Source of the DNA: an uncultured Solirubrobacteraceae bacterium
Lineage (GTDB): Bacteria; Actinomycetota; Thermoleophilia; Solirubrobacterales; Solirubrobacteraceae
Assembly: GCA_963724195.1 (NCBI GenBank)
Contig: CAVRTQ010000001.1
Coordinates: forward strand, 3,078 to 67,077
DNA: 64,000 bases
Direction of reading: 5' to 3'
This document shows, piece by piece, positions 30,899 to 40,793 of the stretch (within the stretch, counting starts at the first letter, position 1; every line of letters begins with the position of its first letter). The translations under genes were made by a program, and so were the position numbers. Below the pieces are notes generated by a model that was given only the letters and a program-made list of their open reading frames with translations, was not told where the DNA came from and did no database searches.

Positions 30899-32183
30899 GC
30901 GCCGTCTCCCTGCGCGCCGCGTTCGCCGCGCGCGACCTCTCCCCCGTCGAGGTGATCGACGCCTTCGACGAGCAGCCCGAGTACGGCGCGTTCATCACGC
31001 TCACGCTCGAGCGGGCGCGGGAGGAGGCCAAGCGCGCCGAGCAGGCCTACAAGGACGGCACCGCCCGCCCGCTCGAAGGGCTGACGCTCGCCGTCAAGGA
31101 CCTGTTCGACACCGCGGGCGTGCGCACGACGTACGGCTCGAGCATCTTCGCCGAGCACGTGCCGACGCCGGACGCCGTGGTGGTCGCGAAGGCCCGCGCG
31201 GCCGGCGCGATCGTGGTCGGCAAGACGCTCACGCACGAGTTCGCGTGGGGCATCACGAGCGTGAACCCGCACTTCCCGCCGTGCCGGAACCCGCACGACC
31301 CCGAGCGGGTCGCGGGCGGGAGCAGCGGCGGCTCGGCCGTGGCGCTCGCGCTGGGCCAGGCGGCGCTCGCGCTCGGCACCGACACCGGCGGCTCGATCCG
31401 CATCCCGGCCGCGTTCTGCGGCGTCTCCGGCCTGAAGCCCACGTACGGGCTGCTGAGCACGGAAGGCATCTATCCGCTCGCCCGCTCGCTCGATCACGCC
31501 GGCCCGATGGCGCGCACGCCCGCGGACGTGAAGCTGCTGTATGAGGCGCTCGCGCACCGCGCGCCGGAGGAGCCCGCGACCCGGATCGCGCTCTGCCCCG
31601 ACCTGCACGTGCGCCCGCTGGAGCCCGACATCCAGCGCGTCTTCGACCACGCCGTGGCCGCGTTCGACGACGCTCGAGGTGCAGCTTCGACCACGCCGGC
31701 CGGCTCTACCCCACGTACGCGTCGATCCAGAACGGCGAGGCCGCGCAGACCCACGCCCAGCTGTTCCCGCAACGCCGCGAGGACTACGGCGCCGACGTCG
31801 CCGCCCGGATCGAGAACGCGCTGCGCGTCACGCTCGCCGAGTACACCGAGGCGATCGCCGAGCGCGAGCGCATCCGCGCGGCCTTCCAGCGCATCTTCAC
31901 CGTCGCCGACGTGCTGCTCACGCCCGTCGCGGCGGTCCCGCCCGAGCTGCGCGAGGAGCCGGACCCGCAGGGCTTCCGCGACGGCGTGCTGCCCTACACC
32001 GTCCCGCAGGACCTCGCGGGCCTGCCGACCTGCGCCGTGCCGGTCGGCTTCGACGACCGCCACCTGCCGGTGTCGGTCCAGGTCACCGGGCCCCCGCGCA
32101 GCGAGGCCCGCGTGCTCACCGTCGCCGAGGCGCTGTTCAGCGCGACAGCATCGGCGAGGGCGGGATCTTCGTCCGCCCCTTGA
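30892..32183 (+). CDS. Amidase signature family protein (frameshift near 31680)
   Basis: AVKD, GGSSGGSA, GTDTGGSIRIPA. Confidence 0.92.
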
Positions 32184-32454
32184 TCTGCGGGATCAGCATC
32201 CCGACCTCGTCCTCGAAGCACCAGCACCACTCCTCACCCGGCTCGAGCGAGCGGATGATCGGGTGCTCGGTCGCGCCGGCGTGAGCGCTCGCGTGCTTGT
32301 TCGGCGAGTCGTCGCAGCAGCCGACGTGCCCGCACGTCAGGCAGATGCGCAGGTGCAGCCAGACGCCGCCGTCCGCGAGGCAGTCCTCGCAGCCGGCGAC
32401 CTCCTCCGGCAGCTCGGTGATCTCGATCTGGTCCGTGTGGGAGCAGCGGGTCAT
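32137..32454 (-). CDS. UBP-type zinc finger protein
   Basis: CSH, CEDC, HLRICLTCGHVGCCD, HASAH, WCWCFED. Confidence 0.92.
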   Translation of the reverse strand: MTRCSHTDQIEITELPEEVAGCEDCLADGGVWLHLRICLTCGHVGCCDDSPNKHASAHAGATEHPIIRSLEPGEEWCWCFEDEVGMLIPQIKGRTKIPPSPMLSR

Positions 32455-33872
32455 TTCTTGCCTTTTGCCTCGAGGGGGAGCCAGACGTGGAACACCGTGC
32501 CGTCTGAGCCGGTGTCGAATGCGAGTGAGCCGCCGTGGCGCTGCTCGACGATCCGCCGCGCCGTGTCCAGCCCCATGCCGGTGCCGCTGCCCGGCGGCTT
32601 GGTGGTGAAGAACGGATCGAAGACGCGCTGACGGACGTCGTCCGGGATGCCCGGCCCGTCATCGGCGATGTCGACCTTGATGCAGCCCTTCTCGAGCGAC
32701 GTCGTGATCGTGATCGTGCCCGTCTCGCCGAGCGCCCCGATCGCGTTGTCGAGCAGGTTCGTCCACACCTGGTTGAGCTCGGAGCCGTGCATGCTCAGCT
32801 TCGGCAGCGACTCGTCGTAGTCGCGCTTGACCTTGATGTTCGTGTGCTTGAGCTTGTGCTTGAGCATGATCAGCGTGCTGTCCAGCCCCTCGTGCACGTC
32901 GGCGATCACGACCTCGCCGCGGTCCATGTAGGCGTAGGTCTTGATCGCCTTCACGAGCGTGGACATCCGCTCGGTGGAGTCCACGACCTCGGTGGCCAGC
33001 TCCTGCGCGGAGATCGTCGACGCCACCCACCACAGCGCCTTCAGCGACGCGTGCGTGCCCTCGCCGGTGATGGCGATCACGCGCCGGACCCAGTCCTCGT
33101 CGAGCCCGGCGGACGCGAGCGGCTCGGAGAAGCGGTAGCCCTGCTCGATGCCGAGCTCGTCGAGGATGTCCTCCATCGCGTCGATCGCGTCGGACTCGTC
33201 GATCGCGCTGCTCGCCCCGCGGTTCTCGGCCCGGTCGAGCGCCTCCTTCTGGAGCGCGATCAGCTTCTCGGCGTCGACGCGCTCGATGCCGGACTCGACG
33301 AAGTTCCGCAGCGCGTAGTTGATGACCTGCATCGCCGTCACCAGCTCGCTCGCGGCGCGGCGGGCGGCCGCGGCCGGGTTGTTGAGCTCGTGCGCGAGCC
33401 CGGCGGCCATCGTCCCCAGCGACGTGAGCCGCTCGCGGCTGGACTCGCGCGAGTTGATGCTGCGCATGACCGGGCCGATCACGCTCATCACCTTGCGGTG
33501 CACCGACCGGTGCTTGAGCGCCAGCTCGATGAACTGCTCGCGCGGGATGATCGAGACGCGGCAGTCGACGCCCGCCACGATCGTGACCGGCAGCTCGCTC
33601 TCGGTGATCGCGGCGATCGCGCCGATCCAGGTCGGCGCCTGGTTGGGCGTACCCGGATCGGTGCCCCCGGCCACGCGGATGAACGCGGTGGTGGTGCCGG
33701 AGAAGAGCAGCAGGGGGCCGGGCGAGTCGGCACCCTGCTCCAGGATCACCTCGCCCTCCTCGACGTGACGGATCGGCGGCGTGATCGCCGCCCACTCCTC
33801 GAGCTGGGAGTCCGTCAGCCCGTCGAACAGGTCGAGGCGCCGCAGCTCGTCGACAAGGGTCATCAGGGCCAT
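32451..33872 (-). CDS. Sensor histidine kinase with N-terminal cNMP-binding-like domain
   Basis: AHELNNP H-box, NQVWTNLLDNA, DDGPG, FFTTK, GTGMGL. Confidence 0.92.
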   Translation of the reverse strand: MALMTLVDELRRLDLFDGLTDSQLEEWAAITPPIRHVEEGEVILEQGADSPGPLLLFSGTTTAFIRVAGGTDPGTPNQAPTWIGAIAAITESELPVTIVAGVDCRVSIIPREQFIELALKHRSVHRKVMSVIGPVMRSINSRESSRERLTSLGTMAAGLAHELNNPAAAARRAASELVTAMQVINYALRNFVESGIERVDAEKLIALQKEALDRAENRGASSAIDESDAIDAMEDILDELGIEQGYRFSEPLASAGLDEDWVRRVIAITGEGTHASLKALWWVASTISAQELATEVVDSTERMSTLVKAIKTYAYMDRGEVVIADVHEGLDSTLIMLKHKLKHTNIKVKRDYDESLPKLSMHGSELNQVWTNLLDNAIGALGETGTITITTSLEKGCIKVDIADDGPGIPDDVRQRVFDPFFTTKPPGSGTGMGLDTARRIVEQRHGGSLAFDTGSDGTVFHVWLPLEAKGKK

Positions 33873-33873
33873 G

Positions 33874-35532
33874 TCATTCCGCCAGGTACTCGTGGATCAG
33901 CGAGACGGCCATCGAGCCCTCGCCCACTGCGCTCGCGACGCGCTTGATCGACCGGGCGCGCACGTCACCGGCCACGAACACGCCGGGGACCGACGTCTCC
34001 AGCAGGTACGGGTCGCGCTTGAGCGGCCAGCCCGCGGCGCGCGCGTCGGCGCCGGCGAGGATGAAGCCGCGCGGGTCACGGGCCACGACGCCGTCGAGCC
34101 AGTCCGTGCGGGGTGCCGCGCCGATGAATACGAACATCGCGTCAACCGCCTCCTCGTGGTCGCCGTCGGCGTCGCGGATGCAGATCGAGCGTAGATGATC
34201 GTCACCGTCGGCCTTGATCGCCTGCGCGCCGACCTTGACGTCGATGTTCGGGATGGCGGCGATCTGCTCGATCAGGTAGTGCGACATCGAGCGCGCGAGC
34301 GAGTCGCCGCGCACGAGCATCGTGACCTGCTTCGCGTAGCCGCTGAAGTGCACCGCGGCCTGGCCGGCGGAGTTGGCGCCGCCGATGATCACGACGTGCT
34401 GATCCGAGCACGAGCGCGCCTCGGTGAGCGCCGCGCCGTAGTAGATGCCCTTGCCGGTGAACGTGTCGAAGCCGGGTGCGGCGAGCTTGTTGTAGGACAC
34501 GCCGGAGGCGACGAGCACGCAGTTCGCGCTCAGGATCCCGCCCCCGGAGAGCTCCACGATCCGGCCCGCGCCCTCGACGCGCAGCGCCACGGCGTCCTGG
34601 ATGGCGAGCAGCTCGGCGCCGAGCCGGCGCGCCTGGTCGGTCGCGCGGCGCGCGAGGTCCGAGCCGGAGAGCCCGGTCGGGAAGCCGAGGTAGTTCTCGA
34701 TCCGGGAGGAGGTTCCGGCCTGCCCGCCGGGCGCCTCGCGCTCCACCATGACGGTGCGCAGGCCTTCGGAGGCGCCGTAGACGGCGGCCGCGAGGCCCGC
34801 GGGCCCGCCGCCGACGATCGCCAGGTCGTAGTGCTCGGACGCGGGCGCCGCCGACACGCCGAGCCGCTCCGCGAGCTCCAGCACGGTCGGGCGCTCGATC
34901 ACCGTCCCGTCCTCGAGCAGCGCGACCGGCAGCCGCTCGTCGGAGACGTCGGCGATCTGCAGCAGCTCGCGCGCCTCGCTGTCGCGCTCCACGTCGAGCC
35001 AGCGCATCGGCACGCGGTTGCGGGCGAGGAAGTCGCGCAGGTCGTGTGAGTCGCGGCTGAAGCGGTGCCCGATCACGCGCACGCCGCCGGACTCGAGCGC
35101 CGCGCCCGCCTCCCACGTGGTCAGCAGGTCCTCGACCACCGGGTAGAGCTGCTCCTCGGGCGGGTCCCACGGCTTGAGCAGGTAGTAGTCGAGGTCGACC
35201 TCGTTGATGGCCTGGATCGCCGCCTCGGTGTCGGCGTAGGCGGTCAGCAGCACCCGCTTGGCGTCCGGCACGAGCTTGCGCGCCTCCACCAGGTACTCGG
35301 TGCCCGCCATCTGCGGCATGCGCTGGTCGGCCACCAGCAACGCCACCTGCTCGCCGCGGGAGACGAGCTCCTTCAGCGCATCCAGGGCCTCCTGGCCGCT
35401 GTTGGCGCGCACGATCCGGTACTTCTCGCCGAACTGCCGCCGCAGGTCACGGGCGACCGCCGCCAGCACGGCGGGTTCGTCGTCGACGCAGACGATGGCA
35501 GCGCGGCGACGGCGCGGTTCGGAAGCCTCCAT
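33874..35532 (-). CDS. Response regulator receiver fused to thioredoxin-reductase-like flavoprotein
   Basis: VDDE...ADQRMP...LTAYA...KPW receiver; GGGPAG, SSRIENYLGFP, GGANSA, TSVPGVFVAGD. Confidence 0.92.
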   Translation of the reverse strand: MEASEPRRRRAAIVCVDDEPAVLAAVARDLRRQFGEKYRIVRANSGQEALDALKELVSRGEQVALLVADQRMPQMAGTEYLVEARKLVPDAKRVLLTAYADTEAAIQAINEVDLDYYLLKPWDPPEEQLYPVVEDLLTTWEAGAALESGGVRVIGHRFSRDSHDLRDFLARNRVPMRWLDVERDSEARELLQIADVSDERLPVALLEDGTVIERPTVLELAERLGVSAAPASEHYDLAIVGGGPAGLAAAVYGASEGLRTVMVEREAPGGQAGTSSRIENYLGFPTGLSGSDLARRATDQARRLGAELLAIQDAVALRVEGAGRIVELSGGGILSANCVLVASGVSYNKLAAPGFDTFTGKGIYYGAALTEARSCSDQHVVIIGGANSAGQAAVHFSGYAKQVTMLVRGDSLARSMSHYLIEQIAAIPNIDVKVGAQAIKADGDDHLRSICIRDADGDHEEAVDAMFVFIGAAPRTDWLDGVVARDPRGFILAGADARAAGWPLKRDPYLLETSVPGVFVAGDVRARSIKRVASAVGEGSMAVSLIHEYLAE

Positions 35533-35543
35533 GCCCGAAAACG

Positions 35544-36557
35544 CTATATGACGCGGACCGGCGTGCCCACTTCCACGAAGTCGTAGACCACCTGGGACTC
35601 CGGCATGGGGATGCGTGCACCGCCGTAGGAGGCGGGTCCGGCGGGCACGTCGGCGGCGCCGTAGATCGCGGCGCCGACGCCCCAGTAGACCGCGCGGTCC
35701 ATGAACATCTTGAACGGCACCGACCACGCGCCCTGCTCGACCTTGCGCGTGACCTTGAACGAGCCGGGCGGGGTGCCCATGTCCGTGCTGTTGTTGCCGA
35801 CGCCGGTGGAGGTGTGGACCACCCGCACCACGCGCCCGGCCTCGATCAGCAGCACGACGCTCTGGCCGCGGTGGATCTCGACCTTCTTGCCGGTGCCGGT
35901 GCGGTTGAACGCGAGCGGACGGCCCGCGGCGTCGAGGCGCTCCCGGGTCATCTCCCCCACGATCCCGTCGCGCTCGAGGTTCTCCCAGGACTGGAAGGCG
36001 AGCACCGCCTGCTGGGAGCGGTAGTCCCACTTGCCGGTGACGGCGTCCTCGGGCAGGTAGCCGAGCTGCGCGAGCTTGGTCTGCACCGCCTCCGGCTCCC
36101 TCGGAGCGGCAGGCTTCTTGGTCGGCGGCTTGGGCGCCGCGTACTCCTCCGGCGGCGCGAAGTCCGCACGGGTGAACGTGCGCCCGCGGATCTCGACCTC
36201 TTCGATGTCGGAGTCAGCGCCGGTCACCGTGTAGACGACCTGGGCCACGCGCGCGAGGTAGGAGACGTCGCCGGCGGAGAAGGTGTTCGAGAGCGTGACC
36301 TCGGCCTTCTCGTCGTCGGTCTCCACCGACGTCAGCGTCACCCCGTTCGGGATCGCGGAGCCGTAGCCCTTCTTGCGCTCGGCGGCCGTGATGCCCTGCA
36401 GCAGCACCTTCACCGCCGCCTCAGGCCCGTCCGCGGCCTGGCGCTTGACGGACGTCAAGGCCTCCCCGCGCAGGACGTAGATCTTGATCGTCTTGGCTTC
36501 GGCAACCGCCGGCAGGCCGAGCACGAATACGGCGACAAGAAGGAAAAATCTGCGCAT
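35544..36557 (-). CDS. Secreted GerMN + peptidoglycan-binding + L,D-transpeptidase-like protein (catalytic motif degenerate)
   Basis: Signal peptide; AQVVYTVT; QTKLAQLGY...AVLAFQ...DGIVG; TSTG...TPPGSF; AIYG...ASYGGAR. Confidence 0.8.
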   Translation of the reverse strand: MRRFFLLVAVFVLGLPAVAEAKTIKIYVLRGEALTSVKRQAADGPEAAVKVLLQGITAAERKKGYGSAIPNGVTLTSVETDDEKAEVTLSNTFSAGDVSYLARVAQVVYTVTGADSDIEEVEIRGRTFTRADFAPPEEYAAPKPPTKKPAAPREPEAVQTKLAQLGYLPEDAVTGKWDYRSQQAVLAFQSWENLERDGIVGEMTRERLDAAGRPLAFNRTGTGKKVEIHRGQSVVLLIEAGRVVRVVHTSTGVGNNSTDMGTPPGSFKVTRKVEQGAWSVPFKMFMDRAVYWGVGAAIYGAADVPAGPASYGGARIPMPESQVVYDFVEVGTPVRVI

Positions 36558-36586
36558 TACGCACGAGTTTGACAAGGTGCGCAAGC

Positions 36587-39120
36587 GTGACCCCAGAGCA
36601 TGAACGACTTGAAGAGGCCAGAACCGGCGCTGTCGCGTGGAAGGCGTGGGGTCCTTACCTGGCGGAACGCCAGTGGGGCACGGTGCGCGAGGACGATTCG
36701 GCCGGCGGTGACGCGTGGAACGCGTTCACGCACGACGAAGCGCGGTCGACGGCCTACCGGTGGGGCGAGGACGGGCTCGCGGGCGTGTCGGACTCCCAGC
36801 AGCGGCTGTGCCTCGCGCTCGCCCTGTGGAACGGCGCGGACCCGATCCTCAAGGAGCGCATCTTCGGGCTCACCAACAGCGAGGGCAACCACGGCGAGGA
36901 CGCGAAGGAGTACTGGTTCTACCTGGACTCCACGCCCACGCACTCGTACATGAAGTGGGCCTACAAGTACCCGCAGGCGGCGTTCCCGTACGCGCAGCTC
37001 GTGAACCACGGCCGCGGACGCGACGAACCGGAGCTCGACCTGCTCGAGACCGGCGTGTTCGACGAGGATCGCTACTTCGACGTCGTGGTCGAGTACGCGA
37101 AGGGCGGCGCCGAGGACCTGCTGATGCTGATCACGGTCCACAATCGCGGGCCGGAGGCGGCGACGCTGCACGTGCTGCCGACGCTGTGGTTCCGCAACAC
37201 GTGGCGGGACGGGTCGGAGAAGCCGGCGCTCACGCTCGACGGCGACGCGGTCGTGGCCGACGCGTTCCGGTTCCAAGCGGACGGTGAGTGGCTGTTCTGC
37301 GAGAACGAGAGCGAAGGGCCGTACCCGAAGGTCACGCTCAACGACCACGTGCTGCACGGCGCGCCGACGAACCCCGCGCAGACGGGCACCAAGTGCGCGG
37401 CGCACAGCGTGTTGGAGGTGCCCGCCGGGCGGCACGGCGATCCTCCGCGCGCGGCTGTCGACCGGCGAGCACGGCGACTTCGCCGACGTGTTCGCGACCC
37501 GGCGGGCGGAGGCGGACACGTTCTACCGGGAGGTCATCCCGGCGTCACTGGGCGAGGACCGCGCGCTGATCATGCGCCAGGCGCTCGCCGGGATGCTGTG
37601 GACGAAGCAGTTCTACGAGTACGACGTCCTTCGCTGGCTGCGCGAGCGCGGCCTGAGCCCGTGGAGCCCGGAGGCGGCGCAGGTCCGCAACGGCACCTGG
37701 TTCCACCTGCAGGCCGGCGACATCATCTCGATGCCGGACAAGTGGGAGTACCCGTGGTTCGCGGCCTGGGACCTGGCGTTCCACTGCGCGCCGCTGTCGC
37801 TCGTGGACGTGGACTTCGCCAAGGAGCAGGTGGAGCTGCTCCTGCACACGCGCTACGTGCACCCGAACGGGCAGATCCCCGCCTACGAGTGGAACTTCTC
37901 CGACGTGAACCCGCCCGTGACGGCCTGGTCGGCGATGTGGGTCTACCGCCGGGAGGCCGAGCTGCGCGGCGAGGGCGACCGCGTGTGGCTGGGCCGCGTG
38001 TTCCAGCGCCTGCTGACGAACTTCACCTGGTGGGTCAACCGCAAGGACCCCGACGGGCGCAACCTGTTCCAGGGCGGGTTCCTCGGGCTCGACAACATCG
38101 GCATCTTCGACCGCTCGACGGCGCTGCCGGGCGGCGGGACGTTGCAGCAGGCCGACGGCACGGCGTGGATGGCGCTGTATTGCCAGTGGATGCTGCAGAT
38201 CGCGGTGGAGCTCGGCCGCGAGGACCAGTCGTACGCCGACATCGCGCTCAAGTTCGTCGCGCACTTCGCGTGGATCGCGATCGCGCTGAATCCCCCCGGC
38301 GCGGACACGCCGCTGTGGGACGAGGAGGACGGGTTCTTCTACGACGTGATGCGGATGCCGGACGGGAAGATGATCCCGCTGCGCGTGCGGTCGCTGGTCG
38401 GGCTGTTGCCGATGTGCGCGGCGACGGTGTTCGATCTCGAGGACCTGGCGGGGCAGCCGGGCCTGGTGGAACGGGCGCGCGAGTTCGCGGAACGCTTCCA
38501 GGACTCCGTGCCCGCGCTCATGCACGTGCCGCGCGAGGGCCACGAGGGGCGCCGGATGCTCTCGCTCGTCACCAAGGATCAGCTGCGCCAGATCCTGACG
38601 GTGATGCTCGACGAGGACGAGTTCCTCTCGCCACACGGCATCCGCTCGATCTCCAAGCGCCACGAGCAGGAGCCGTACCGGTTCGACTGGGCGGGTCAGC
38701 GCTACGAGGTCCGCTACGAGCCGGCCGAGTCCGACAGCGGCATGTTCGGCGGCAACTCCAACTGGCGCGGGCCGGTGTGGTTCCCGATGAACCTCGTGAT
38801 CCTGCGCGCGCTGTTCCAGCTGCACAGCTACTACGACGACGAGTTCACGATCGAGTGCCCGACCGGGTCGGGGCGGATGATGAACCTGCGCGAGGTGGCG
38901 CTGGAGATCTCACAGCGGCTGATCGCCACGTTCGAGCGCGGCGAAGACGGCAAGCGCCCGGTGTACGGCGGGCTCGACAAGTTCCAGAACGACCCGCACT
39001 GGCGCGACCTGCTCCTGTTCCACGAGTACTTCCACGGTGACAACGGCGCCGGGCTGGGCGCCTCGCACCAGACGGGCTGGACGGGCACCGTGGCGACGCT
39101 GCTGCGGCTCGTCGTCATGA
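36587..39120 (+). CDS. GH63-like (MGH1-like) glucosidase (frameshift near 37430)
   Basis: [62 protein letters not shown]. Confidence 0.92.
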
Positions 39121-40370
39121 GTCGCCTGTCGATCTACGAGATCAACACCGCCGTGTGGCTCGGCGGGCATTCGCTGGCGGACGTGCCGGCGCGGCGGTGG
39201 GACGCGATCGCGGCGCTGCCGGTCGACGCGGTGTGGCTGATGGGCGTGTGGCAGCGCTCGCCCGCGGGGCTGGCGATCGCCGCCTCCGACGAAGGCCTGT
39301 CGTCGTCGTTCCGTCAGGCCGTCGCCGACCTGCGGCCCAGCGACGTGATCGGCTCGCCGTACTGCGTGCGCGACTACGTGGTCGACGAGCGGTTCGGCGG
39401 GCGGGAGGCGCTGGCGGTCGCGCGGCGCGAGCTCGCGGCGCGCGGGCTGCGGCTCATCCTCGACTACGTCCCGAACCACGTCGCGCCCGACCATCCGTGG
39501 CTCGCGTCGCACCCGGAGTACTTCATCCCGGGCTCTGAGGAGGAGCTGGCGGAGCGGCCCGCCGACTTCGCGCGCACGGCGGGCGGGATCGTCGCGCGCG
39601 GGCGCGACCCGTACTTCCCGCCGTGGCCGGACGTCGTGCAGCTCGACGCGTTCTCCGACGGGCTGCGCAGCGCCGTGGCCGAGACGCTGGTGGACGTGGG
39701 CGCGCAGTGCGACGGGCTGCGCTGTGACATGGCGATGCTGATGACCAACGAGGTGTTCTCGCGCACGTGGAACGTTCCCGCCCCGGCTGAGGAGTTCTGG
39801 CCCGCGCTGATCGGGCGCGTGAAGTGGACGCACCCCGGACTGCTGTTCATCGCCGAGGCCTACTGGGACATGGAGTACACGCTCCAGCAGCAGGGGTTCG
39901 ACTACTGCTACGACAAGCGGCTCTACGACCGGCTGGTCGAGCGGGGCGACGTGCGCGGGCATCTGGTGGCCGATCTGAGCTACCAGGAGAAGCTGGTGCG
40001 CTTCATCGAGAACCACGACGAGCCGCGTGCGGCCGCCGTGTTCGGGCCCGAGCAGGCGCGCGCCGCCGCGGTCGTGATGTCGACGTTGCCGGGCGCACGG
40101 CTCTACCACGACGGCCAGCTCTCCGGCAAGCGGACGAAGATCCCGGTGTTCCTCGGGCGCGGGCCGGCCGAGCCACCGGATGCGGACCTGCGCGCGTTCT
40201 ACGCCTGGCTGCTGCCGCGGGCGGCCAAGCTGAGCGGGTCCTGGCGGCTGCTGGACAGCGACGCGCCGCTCGTGTCCTGGGCCTGGGACGACGACGTCGT
40301 GGTGGTGAACCTGAGCGATTCGCCCGCCGGCGGTCTCGAGCCCTGGGGTTACAAACTGCCATTCGGATAA
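39117..40370 (+). CDS. Alpha-amylase family (GH13) protein
   Basis: DYVPNH, GLRCDMA, AEAYW, ENHDE; in frame with the GH63 gene as assembled. Confidence 0.9.
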   Translation: MSRLSIYEINTAVWLGGHSLADVPARRWDAIAALPVDAVWLMGVWQRSPAGLAIAASDEGLSSSFRQAVADLRPSDVIGSPYCVRDYVVDERFGGREALAVARRELAARGLRLILDYVPNHVAPDHPWLASHPEYFIPGSEEELAERPADFARTAGGIVARGRDPYFPPWPDVVQLDAFSDGLRSAVAETLVDVGAQCDGLRCDMAMLMTNEVFSRTWNVPAPAEEFWPALIGRVKWTHPGLLFIAEAYWDMEYTLQQQGFDYCYDKRLYDRLVERGDVRGHLVADLSYQEKLVRFIENHDEPRAAAVFGPEQARAAAVVMSTLPGARLYHDGQLSGKRTKIPVFLGRGPAEPPDADLRAFYAWLLPRAAKLSGSWRLLDSDAPLVSWAWDDDVVVVNLSDSPAGGLEPWGYKLPFG

Positions 40371-40439
40371 CGCGGGCGGCCACCGCCTTGTACGGGCGGA
40401 TAAAGACGAGCGCGGCGCGTGCCGAAAGGCTTCCGAGCC

Positions 40440-40793
40440 ATGAAGCTGGTGATCGGGATTGTCCGCCCCGAAAAGACGAACGAAGTGCTCGAAGCCCTGT
40501 ATCGCGCCGAGGTGCGAGGGTTTTCGATGAGCCGCGTGCAGGGGCACGGCGGCGAGCTCGACCGCGTCGAGACCTACCGCGGCACCACCGTACGCGTAGG
40601 CCTCACGGAGAAGGTGCGGTTCGAGATCGCGGTGTCCGAGGACTTCGTGGAGCCGGCGATCGAGGCGCTCTGCTCCGGCGCCCAGACCGGTGAGGTGGGC
40701 GACGGCAAGATCTTCGTGCTGGAGCTCGACCAGGTCGTCCGGATCCGCTCCGGCGAGACCGACGACGCGGCCGTCACCCCGGTGGGCGCATGA
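40440..40793 (+). CDS. glnK: P-II nitrogen regulatory protein
   Basis: IVRPEK, YRG, TGEVGDGKIFV, RIRSGE; coupled to amt. Confidence 0.93.
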   Translation: MKLVIGIVRPEKTNEVLEALYRAEVRGFSMSRVQGHGGELDRVETYRGTTVRVGLTEKVRFEIAVSEDFVEPAIEALCSGAQTGEVGDGKIFVLELDQVVRIRSGETDDAAVTPVGA

